In this document: positions 30,961 to 39,200 of the stretch, piece by piece
Layout of the letters: each line of letters opens with the position of its first letter
Numbering within the stretch: position 1 is the first letter of the stretch
Virus record (IMG/VR): IMGVR_UViG_3300031673_000137
Location: 1 to 43,085 of that record
DNA: 43,085 nucleotides
Direction: 5' to 3' (one strand)
Source: a virus
The notes under the pieces: model-generated
Told to the model about the DNA's origin: nothing
Seen by the model: the letters and a program-made list of their open reading frames with translations, nothing else
Database searches by the model: none
Translations under genes and position numbers: made by a program

Positions 30961-31323
30961 ATGGCTACCGTGCGCATGAAAACGCTCGAATGCGGCCCCG
31001 AAGGGAGTTTCGCGATAGATGAATTACGCGAAGTTTCCTTCAAGCAGGGCGAGATGCTTGTCGATACGAACCACGCGGTTTGGGTAGACAAAGGCGTTCC
31101 GCCCACTAAGGCTGAACTTAAACGCCTCGAAGCCGAGAAGCTGGAAGCCGAACGCATCGAAGCCGAGAAGCTCGAAGCCGAGAAGCTGGAAGCCGAGAAG
31201 CTGGAAGCCGAGAAGCTGGAAGCCGAGAAGCTGGAAGCCGAGAAGCTGGAAGCTGAACGCCTCGCAAGCGGCGATCCTGAATTTGCTACAGCCCCGAAGG
31301 CCGAGCAAACCGCGAAGCGATAA
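30961..31323 (+). CDS. Hypothetical protein with nine LEAEK/R pentapeptide repeats (120 aa)
   Basis: ORF in the head module. The repeat is encoded by 15-bp tandem units. Confidence 0.6.
   Translation: MATVRMKTLECGPEGSFAIDELREVSFKQGEMLVDTNHAVWVDKGVPPTKAELKRLEAEKLEAERIEAEKLEAEKLEAEKLEAEKLEAEKLEAEKLEAERLASGDPEFATAPKAEQTAKR
31126..31260 (+). repeat. In-frame 15-bp tandem repeat x 9 (CTGGAAGCCGAGAAG type)
   Basis: Counted by hand. Six central copies are nearly identical. The outer copies carry R for K and I for L. Confidence 0.9.
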
Positions 31324-32277
31324 ATGTCCTCTCTCACGCTCGTCACCGCACCGGCAGTCGAACCGCTCACCGTTGCGGAAGTCTTGCAAAGGGCGCGGGT
31401 TGACTCCATGAACCAAGAAGTGCCGCCAAGTTCCTTCACGGCGGCGCTCGCGGCTACTCCAATCGCGGGCAACGTCAACATAGGCGTTCACCGCTACTTG
31501 GCGACGTTCGTTACAGCAGACGGCGAGACGCAAGCGGGCGGCATCTCCGCGCCCGTGACCGTAGCGGACATCGCGGTGAACGGTAAAGTTGAATTGTCAG
31601 CAATCCCGGTAGGAGGTTCCCTTGTTTCGTCTCGTAGACTGTATCGTACTGTTGCTGGCGGTAGTACTTTTCTACTACTCGCTACCCTAGCCAACAACAC
31701 CGCAACAACTTACACCGACAACATCTCGGATGCTTCGCTGGGCGCGCAAGCGCCAACAGTAAACACAACGGGCGACCCCGAACTTAACGCGCTCATCCGC
31801 GCTGCGCGAGTCGCTGCGGAAGGTTACACGCGCCGAGCGTTGGTGACGCAGACATGGGACTTGAAGCTGGATCGCTTCCCGTGCTGGACTATCCACGTAC
31901 CGAAGCCGACTCTGCAATCTGTGGTGAGCATCACCTATGTTGATACGAACGGTACGACGCAGACTCTCGACCCCGCGCGGTATCTGGTGGATGCTAGCAG
32001 CACACCCGCGAGAATCACGCCCGTATTCGGAGGCATCTGGCCGATTACCCTCTACCAGAATAACGCCGTGACGGTGCGGTTCGTGGCGGGCTACGGCCTC
32101 GCGGCGGACGTACCGGACGGCATCAAGACGTGGATGATTATTCGCATCAAGCACCTGTTCGACAACCCCGATGCGGTGGTGATACAGACGCGCAATCAAA
32201 TTGCTGAAATGCCCCGTGCTCTTGTGGACGGGATGCTGGACGAGTACACTGTGCCTGACTTTAACTGGGAGCATTGA
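31324..32277 (+). CDS. Head-tail connector (gp6-like, Phage_connect_1-type) with an inserted domain of about 110 aa (317 aa)
   Basis: EPLTVAEV... at the N-terminus, then LIRAARVAAEGYTRRALVTQTWDLKLDRFP...ITYVD..G....L....Y.VD matches the gp6-like pattern. Residues about 30-140 are extra. Confidence 0.55.
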   Translation: MSSLTLVTAPAVEPLTVAEVLQRARVDSMNQEVPPSSFTAALAATPIAGNVNIGVHRYLATFVTADGETQAGGISAPVTVADIAVNGKVELSAIPVGGSLVSSRRLYRTVAGGSTFLLLATLANNTATTYTDNISDASLGAQAPTVNTTGDPELNALIRAARVAAEGYTRRALVTQTWDLKLDRFPCWTIHVPKPTLQSVVSITYVDTNGTTQTLDPARYLVDASSTPARITPVFGGIWPITLYQNNAVTVRFVAGYGLAADVPDGIKTWMIIRIKHLFDNPDAVVIQTRNQIAEMPRALVDGMLDEYTVPDFNWEH

Positions 32278-32278
32278 A

Positions 32279-32452
32279 ATGAAAGCAGCCACCATCCCTT
32301 TTTCCGATGTCACAAAAATGCTGACCGTTGAGATAATCCTCACCGGGCTGACTGTCGGCAAATTGCGTTTCCGCCTTGCTGCGCTGATATTCCGCTTCGG
32401 CGCGTTCGTCGCGGGAACAGGATTAAATCTCATTGAGGTAAAGACAAAATGA
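32279..32452 (+). CDS. Small hydrophobic protein (57 aa)
   Basis: ATG 32279 lies 2 nt after the connector stop. Its stop overlaps the next start. Below the track cutoff in this form. Confidence 0.4.
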   Translation: MKAATIPFSDVTKMLTVEIILTGLTVGKLRFRLAALIFRFGAFVAGTGLNLIEVKTK

Positions 32453-33162
32453 CAACACCTTGGAACCCTGACGGCATCTGGCAAGGCGAGACGGTCGCCA
32501 TTCTCGGCGCTGGCCCCGACATGACTGCCGAACTGGCGATGACCGCCAAAGGCTTCAAAACCATCGCCGTGAACCGCGCTGTGAAATTCGCACCGTGGGC
32601 GGATATGTTCGTTGCTCTCGACCCGCATCACCCTTTCTGGGAAGAGAAGGACAATGTGGGCTTCACCGGCATTTGCGTCCTCGGCGCTGAGCACGCAGAC
32701 TACGACGCGATGTACGCCGGGATGTTCTACGAGCGCGTCAATATGGGCGAAGGGCACACGCTGGAAGTGCGCAACAACGCGCTGGCCGCTGTCCGAATCG
32801 CGGCTCGCGCAGGCGCGGCCAAGATCATCTTGCTCGGCTTCGACACCACGCGCTACGAAGAAGTCCATGCCGAGACAGGCTTCCGTGGACTCACCGAAGG
32901 ACTCGCGCAAATGACTGCCGAACTCACCGCAGCAGGGATCGTCGTTGAGCAGATCGACTCGCCCGTGCAGTTGCCAGGTACTCGCGCCCCGCGACGCGGG
33001 GAGCAGGTTGACGTTGCTACGTTCCCGCAAGTTGCGCCAGTCGCCGAAGAGCCATTTGTTGAACCAGTCGCCGAAGAACCATTTGTTGAACCAGTTGTTG
33101 AACCAGTTGTTGAGCCAGTTGTTGAGCCAGCCGCCGAAGAGGTTAAAAAAGGCTGGTTCTAA
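32449..33162 (+). CDS. Rossmann-like protein resembling MptE/DUF115 (Maf-type glycosyltransferase-like) with a Pro/Glu/Val repeat tail (237 aa)
   Basis: GETVAILGAGPDM...KTIAVNRAVKF..ADMFVALDP resembles the G.GPS...N...PD...D signature (from memory). The C-terminus is PVAEEPFVE x2 plus PVVE x3. Confidence 0.35.
   Translation: MTTPWNPDGIWQGETVAILGAGPDMTAELAMTAKGFKTIAVNRAVKFAPWADMFVALDPHHPFWEEKDNVGFTGICVLGAEHADYDAMYAGMFYERVNMGEGHTLEVRNNALAAVRIAARAGAAKIILLGFDTTRYEEVHAETGFRGLTEGLAQMTAELTAAGIVVEQIDSPVQLPGTRAPRRGEQVDVATFPQVAPVAEEPFVEPVAEEPFVEPVVEPVVEPVVEPAAEEVKKGWF
33037..33126 (+). repeat. In-frame tandem repeats: 27-bp x 2 (33037-33090) then 12-bp x 3 (33091-33126)
   Basis: Counted by hand in the 3' end of the 32449-33162 CDS. 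Confidence 0.85.
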
Positions 33163-33498
33163 ATGGTTATCAACCCCAACACCAGAGTAAGGATCGAGTA
33201 CCCCGTCGCGGGTGTCGATCCGGTGTACCAAACCCCGACCGTGGCTTGGACACTGTTGGGCATGGCTTGGGCTGAGATGGTGGACAAGTTACCGGCTCGC
33301 GATGAGGCGCTGCTGAATGCCATCTCGCTATCAAGCGTGCGCAGCCGCATCCGCATGAGATACAGGCAAGATATTGATGCTTCCATGCGCTTCGTGATTA
33401 TGCGGGGGCAAGAAACGGTGTGGAGCATAATCGGCGGCCCAGCCATGATCGGGAACAAAGAGCAAATCGAGTTCTTGTGCGAGAGGAAATCAACATGA
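33163..33498 (+). CDS. Head closure / head-tail joining protein (Phage_H_T_join-like, 111 aa)
   Basis: Size and the pattern RVRIEY...W..L...WAEM......E......S...SRIRMRYR.DI...MRFV...IIG...IGN...IEFLC. Confidence 0.65.
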   Translation: MVINPNTRVRIEYPVAGVDPVYQTPTVAWTLLGMAWAEMVDKLPARDEALLNAISLSSVRSRIRMRYRQDIDASMRFVIMRGQETVWSIIGGPAMIGNKEQIEFLCERKST

Positions 33499-33641
33499 GC
33501 TGGTTAAAAAGCGTGGTTAAATCCTTGCTCAGTAAAAAATCGGCATCGCCGTTCTCGCCTGCTACATTACAAGCGCTGGCGGAAAACAAAAGGCTATCCG
33601 CCGAATTTCAACGCGCCATAGACAAGTACAAACATGGCTGA
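33495..33641 (+). CDS. Small hypothetical protein (48 aa)
   Basis: GAGAGGAAA RBS. Overlaps both neighbours by a few nt. Confidence 0.4.
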   Translation: MSWLKSVVKSLLSKKSASPFSPATLQALAENKRLSAEFQRAIDKYKHG

Positions 33642-34140
33642 ACGCAATATCCATTTTAAGGGGATGAGTGACTTGTCAAAGTTTCTCGATACGCTCGCCC
33701 CCAAGCTGCAAGCGAACGTGCTCCGCGCCGCCCTCTCGCAAGGCGCGAAGATTGTGCGCGATGCGGCGGTAGCGAACTGCCCTGTCGGCCCACCTGGGCG
33801 CGAGAACGCGCGCATCTACGGCGGGTACGCGGGCGCGTTGCGTGACAGCATCCGCTACGGCTCGCAAGTACGGATGCGCAAGGGTAAGGTCGTGGCGTAC
33901 ATTCGCGCAGGCGGACACGCACGGGGGAAAGTCGCTGACACGTATTACGCAAAGTTTGTCGAGTACGGTACTATGCCGCACGGCAACCACCCCGGCACAA
34001 GCCCGCACCCTTACATGCGCCCAGCACTCGATGCCGAATCGGAACACGCCTTGGCGGTAATCGCCAATTTCATCAAAAATCGGCTTGAAACAAAACACGG
34101 GCTGGACACTTCCGCCGTGGTACTTGGAGAATCGATATGA
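33634..34140 (+). CDS. HK97 gp10-family tail-completion/neck protein (168 aa)
   Basis: N-terminal FKGMSDLSKFLDTLAPKLQANVLRAALSQGAKIVRDAAVANCPVG is typical for the family. Confidence 0.7.
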   Translation: MAERNIHFKGMSDLSKFLDTLAPKLQANVLRAALSQGAKIVRDAAVANCPVGPPGRENARIYGGYAGALRDSIRYGSQVRMRKGKVVAYIRAGGHARGKVADTYYAKFVEYGTMPHGNHPGTSPHPYMRPALDAESEHALAVIANFIKNRLETKHGLDTSAVVLGESI

Positions 34141-34382
34141 CAAAAGTAACAGTAAAAATATCAGACGAACAAATCCGCGATATGGTGGATCGTTTCTTGG
34201 GCTGGAAATTGCCAAGAGACTTTGCGCCCGACGCGGGAATCTCGTTTCAGCCAACTAAGCCGTATGAGGTTGACGAATTCGGTAATTCATGGTGGCCTAT
34301 TGGGACGAATTTGCTCCACGCGGGGCAGGCGGAAGAGATGATTCGCCACCTGCTCGACATCGAGGATAACACTACGCCATGA
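34137..34382 (+). CDS. Hypothetical protein (81 aa)
   Basis: Coupled by ATGA overlaps on both sides. Confidence 0.55.
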   Translation: MTKVTVKISDEQIRDMVDRFLGWKLPRDFAPDAGISFQPTKPYEVDEFGNSWWPIGTNLLHAGQAEEMIRHLLDIEDNTTP

Positions 34383-34774
34383 GCGGAACAGCAGTCGTCA
34401 GATCGCTACTCGCGGCCAACGCCGCGCTGACCGCGCAAGTTCCCGCCGCGCGTATCTTCGTCGGCGATGTACCGCTGAATACTACGCTGCCCGCCATCTC
34501 GGTGAAGATGGTAAGCGGCGTGCAGCGCAACACCGTGGCGATGACGGAGACTAAAAGCGTGTCCGAGCGCATCCAAGTGACGCTCTTAACCAAGACCGCA
34601 ACGCAAGGCCCGATATGGCCTTTGATTCGCGCCGCGCTGCCCGTGAGTCGCGGCGTGGTGAGCACATTTGACGTAGACAGCATCCTGCCCGACACGGCAG
34701 GGCCGGATATGTTTGACCAAATCTCGATAATTTACCAACAATCGCAAGACTTTATGGTAAGATTCGCGAGGTAA
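34379..34774 (+). CDS. Tail terminator / DUF3168-like protein (131 aa)
   Basis: Lies before the major tail gene. The N-terminal LLAANAALTAQVPAARIFVGDVP..TTLPAISV pattern fits. Confidence 0.6.
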   Translation: MSGTAVVRSLLAANAALTAQVPAARIFVGDVPLNTTLPAISVKMVSGVQRNTVAMTETKSVSERIQVTLLTKTATQGPIWPLIRAALPVSRGVVSTFDVDSILPDTAGPDMFDQISIIYQQSQDFMVRFAR

Positions 34775-34858
34775 GCAATACCCGATTTCTAACGCAGGGA
34801 TGCGCCGAGTCGGTTTTCAAATCATCATCGCATTGTTGCGACGTGAAAGGAGATTCAA

Positions 34859-35323
34859 ATGGTACAACGTACAATCATCAACTCCGCCGCTGGCGCAACT
34901 CTGGCTATCTCGGCATCCCTCCCCGCAACCTACGACGCATCTGGCTACGCGGCTACCACCATCACCTACACCGCAGTCGGGCAAGTCGAGAACTTCGGCA
35001 ACCACGGCGTAACCGCTACGGTGACGGAATTTACGCCCGTCGATACCTCGGTCGTGACGAAGGTGAAAGGCTCCAAGAACTACGGAACCATGTCCATGAC
35101 TCTTGGATCAATCCCAGGCGATGCGGGTCAAATAATCCTCAAAGCCGCATCGGAATCCAGCAACCGCTACAGCGTCAAGATCACCTACCCTGATACCTCT
35201 ATCCATTACATGGACATCCTGGTATCCAAGTATGAACAGACCGATGGGGCGGTGAACGACATCCAAAAGATAACTTGTGATTTAGCCGTTTGCCGCGCCC
35301 CGGTAATCGTCGCACAAGTTTAA
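34859..35323 (+). CDS. Major tail (tube) protein (154 aa)
   Basis: AAAGGAGA RBS. Lies directly upstream of the chaperone pair and tape measure. Followed by a hairpin. Confidence 0.65.
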   Translation: MVQRTIINSAAGATLAISASLPATYDASGYAATTITYTAVGQVENFGNHGVTATVTEFTPVDTSVVTKVKGSKNYGTMSMTLGSIPGDAGQIILKAASESSNRYSVKITYPDTSIHYMDILVSKYEQTDGAVNDIQKITCDLAVCRAPVIVAQV

Positions 35324-35387
35324 CCGAGCATAGGCGCGGTACGTGTCTCCTTAGTGGGAGCGCGTCCCGCGTACTAGCAGTAACCGA

Positions 35388-35408
35388 GTTGCGGCGGCTT
35401 CCCGCAAC
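35388..35408 (+). promoter_or_regulatory. Hairpin after the major tail gene (GTTGCGG-N7-CCGCAAC), weak T-run
   Basis: Seen in sequence. Possible attenuator that boosts the tube:chaperone ratio. Confidence 0.3.
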
Positions 35409-35437
35409 ACTCATTTCACCACTAAGGAGAATCAAAA

Positions 35438-35830
35438 ATGGATATTCGCACAAAAGCGGTACAACCGACGAGCACACTGGAATTGCGTGACGCGAACGAC
35501 GAATTGCTGCAAGGCGTGACCGTGACCGTTTACGGCCCCGGCTCCAAGCAATACGCCGCCGCACAGTCGCGCCAGCAGAACCGCATGATCGACGCGCTCA
35601 AGAAGAAGGGTAAGACCGATCAGACTCCCGAGAAGAAGGCGGCTGAAACCGCAGAGTTCTTGGCCGACGTGACGGTGGGCTTCGAGGGCTTGGAGTACGA
35701 CGGCCTCGAAGGCAAAGAACTGGCGATGGCGGTGTATTCCGACATTTCCATTGGTTTCATCGCGGATCAAGTTGCGAAGTACATCTCGGACTGGTCAAAT
35801 TTCTCGAAGGTGTCCGCGCCGAGCTTGTAA
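35438..35830 (+). CDS. Tail assembly chaperone G (130 aa)
   Basis: AAGGAGAA RBS. Canonical position between the tube protein and tape measure. Confidence 0.65.
   Translation: MDIRTKAVQPTSTLELRDANDELLQGVTVTVYGPGSKQYAAAQSRQQNRMIDALKKKGKTDQTPEKKAAETAEFLADVTVGFEGLEYDGLEGKELAMAVYSDISIGFIADQVAKYISDWSNFSKVSAPSL
35797..35803 (+). promoter_or_regulatory. Candidate -1 ribosomal frameshift heptamer A_AAT_TTC (G to GT fusion)
   Basis: The X_XXY_YYZ heptamer is in phase with the G frame 25 nt before its stop. The -1 frame is open from at least 35701 through 36258. Confidence 0.55.
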
Positions 35831-35862
35831 CCTACGTCCGGCACAGCGCATGGCTTCAAGCT

Positions 35863-36258
35863 GTGCCGGAGTATGAGGGCGACAAGGCGGAAACAAAGCG
35901 CCCCTCGCGGATTAAGCAGTATGAGAAGGACGGTGTTGAAGTAACGATGCCGGAATGCGAAGCAACATATCTGGTGTCGTATCTGTACGAAATCGGCCCG
36001 ACACTGCCGAACGGGATGGGCGAAGCGCCACTCACTCATGCCGAGATTTCATCATGGCAACAGAACACTGGCATCGAACTTTCGTCTTGGGAGGCGCGCG
36101 TGTTACACAGGGCTTCACTTGAATATCTCAGCGAATCGCAAAGAGCGAAAAGCCCAGACACGGAAGCGCCTTGGGCAGATGCGCCCTACGTCAAGCCTTT
36201 ACCGAATAATGTTGCGCTGCGTATGCAGCGGGCAATGCAAGAATTGGCGGCAATGTAA
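35863..36258 (+). CDS. Tail assembly chaperone T segment (DUF1799-like), probably made only as a G-T fusion of about 273 aa
   Basis: No ATG or convincing RBS at 35863 (GTG). The frame is -1 relative to G. The stop overlaps the tape measure ATG. Confidence 0.55.
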   Translation: MPEYEGDKAETKRPSRIKQYEKDGVEVTMPECEATYLVSYLYEIGPTLPNGMGEAPLTHAEISSWQQNTGIELSSWEARVLHRASLEYLSESQRAKSPDTEAPWADAPYVKPLPNNVALRMQRAMQELAAM

Positions 36259-39200
36259 TGGCACTCGCCGGTATCCTCGAAATACAGTTGATGGCTAACA
36301 TGGCGCGCTTGTCCACGGACATGCAGCGCGCTGAAAAGACCGTGCATGACTCGATGGACAAGATGGGGAACTCCGTCGCGGGGGTCGAAGCGGCGTTCGG
36401 TAAGCTTGGGCACACGCTTGCCCTCGGCGCGGTGTTCGACCAGGTGCGCCGCCTCACCGACGATTACACCAAGCTCACCGCCCAACTCCGAATCGCTACC
36501 AAGACACAGGCAGAGTACGCGCAAGGACTGGCGGACGTGCGCCGCATAGCGGCAGAGTCACAGGGCGATCTGAAAGCGACGGCATCGCTTTACACCCGCC
36601 TATCTAACTCGCTCGCGCAATTCGGTGCTACGCAAAAACAGGTATCCAGCATGACAGAAGCCGTCGCGCTGGGGCTGAAAGCTTACGGGGCGACGGCGAC
36701 AGAAGCCTCAAGCGCGATGCTTCAACTCACGCAAGCCATCGGCTCTAACCGCCTCGGAGGCGACGAGTTCCGCGCGCTGATGGAAGAGATGCCGAACATG
36801 ATGCGCATACTCGCCAAGAGTATGGGCGTGACGTTTGGTGCGCTCAAGACCCTCTCGGCGGAAGGAAAAATCACGAACGCCGAACTGCTCAAGGCATGGA
36901 GTGATCCGGCACTTATCGCAGCACTGATGAAACAAGCCACCATGACGCGCACCATTACGGGCGAGATGATGGTGTTCCGCAACAACCTCACAATGCTGGT
37001 GGGCGAGTTCATGGGGGCATCTAAAGGCACTGAGGGTATCACCGCGTCGCTGCACCTGATGAGCGATTCGGTACTGCTACTCGCGGAGAACTTGAAGATA
37101 CTGGTGCTTGCCGTGACGGTGTTGAGTTTGGCCTATGCGGGTAAGTTTGCGGTAGGGCTGGTTAGCGCAACGAACCTTACGCTGGCGCACAGCGAAGCCC
37201 TCGCCATTAACGCGGCGATGAACCTGCGCGCGGCAGAAGCTACAAACTTCGGGGCTAAAGCGGCTCTCGCACAAGGAGCGGCCAGTGCTCTCGCTACGGG
37301 CGAAACAGCAGCGGCGACCGCCGCTAACGTAGCGTATCGCAAATCGGCGGTAGAACTCGCAGCAGCGCAAACCGCAGCCAGCGCATCGGCAGTTACCGGC
37401 ATCACGGCGGTAGGCGTGGCGATGCGCACCGCTATCATGGCGAACCCGTTGCTCGCGGTCGCTACGGCTATCGGGCTGATTGTGGTGGCTATTGCGAATT
37501 GGGATGACATCATAAAAACCAGCAAGGCGTCGCTCAAGTGGTTCCGCGATGACTTTCTCGGCGGCATGGGGTTCCTCGCCGCGTCGGTAGGCATAGGCAT
37601 CGGCGAACTGGTGCAGAAATTGTCTCTGCTCGCAAATCTGACTGTGCCGCAACTCAAAAGCGGCGAGTTCAAAAAGCAATGGGACGAACTCGGCAAGCTG
37701 GCCGAACAATCGCGCATTGACGCCGCAGCGCGAATCGCGGGGGTTGGTGGCAAGCAGGATGCCGCCGCGACGATAGAAAAGAATGCGCCATTTTCGTACA
37801 GCGCGCGGTGGCTTGTGGACAGCGGTAAGTACATGACAACTGCCGCGAAGCGCGTACAGGAAATAGCCGCTGTGACGAAAGAATATCAGGTAAATATCGC
37901 GCAACTCAACAAGGAAGTATCCACTGGCTTGCGGGACTCCGCGAACGCCGCTCTGGTACGCGCAACGCTGGACAAGGGGTTAAAAGATCAGATAGCAGGT
38001 ATCAACCGCGAACACGCCTTGGCACCGAACGTATCCACCTTCGGCGGAATGGCGGCCAGCTTGAAAGAACTCATAGCGGAGAACAAGACGCACGAAACGC
38101 ACGTCGGCAAAGTAACCGTCGCTTACGAAAATATGCACGCCGAGATGCTGAAAGCGGGCAAGGACGCGCAGATGCTCGCCGCTGTTCGGCATAAGTACGG
38201 CACGGAAGCCGAGTACCAAGATGCTCTCGCCAAAGCACAAAAGATTGATGATCTGGTACTCGCGGAAAAGGCGGCGAAAGAAGCCAAAACCGCATCGGAA
38301 TACGCCAAAGAGCAAATAGCGAAGATCAACGTGCTGGAAGCGGCACGGACAAGCGAGATGGAATTTCAGCGTTCGCTGCAAGGCAAGTCGAAAGACGATC
38401 AGGAATTGCTGCTCGCGTATCACAAAGAGGAATTGCGCTACGCGAAAGAGATTTCAGATATTCGCAACAGTTCGCAATTCGCAGGAAGCAATCCCGCTGT
38501 GCTCGCTGAGATGCAAAAAGTGTTGGACAAGGCCAAGACCACGCACGAAACGATAAAGGTGTCTATCGAACCGACGCTCGACGAGGCGCGTGCAAACGCG
38601 GAGATGAACAAGATACGTGACAATTTCAAAGGCGTATTCGATGGGCTACTCGAACCTGGCGTGCATGTACCCAACAAGATTGCCAAATCGTTTGGTGCTG
38701 CCGTAAACAAGTCGATCAAGGACGCGCTGAACGCCGCACTGTTCGACGATATGCGCGACCGGATGGCGACCTCTGCGGCAAATGGCATGAAGCCGATAAC
38801 GGATATCATAAAGAAAGCGAAGGGCGAGCTGGATGTGTGGGCTACCGATACGTTCGGCAGTATAGGGGGCGCGGCCAAGGGTTCGGATCAGGCGAAGCAA
38901 ATAGGAATGGGCGTATCGGACGCGATGGTGCAGATGACCGTAGCCTTGTTCTCGCGCTTGAGCCGCAGCCCCTCACAAGCGCAACTCAATTCGGTGAACC
39001 AGCAGTACATCCAGCAATGGCAAGGAACAGGCACGGTGCTGGGCGATATGTCGGCCAAGTCCACCTCTATCGTCACGGCGATGGACACGCTGAATAAAAC
39101 CACGTTCGCGCACACCGATTACCTCGCGCAGATGAACACCAGTATGCGGAACATGGACAAGAATATGTCGTCCTTGCTCACCGAACTCGGCAAGACACTG

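Noticed and set aside
31687-33231. 514-aa minus-strand ORF, and other long antisense ORFs (for example 28390-29280 -, 29304-30119 -, 30564-31481 -, 37077-37904 -, 40352-41170 -, 9118-9909 +, 12063-12869 +, 11115-11870 +, 7928-8629 +)
   Set aside because: They lie antisense to well-supported genes with recognisable products. They are low-complexity and Arg/Ala/Ser-rich, as expected for shadow frames in GC-rich coding DNA, and they have no RBS.
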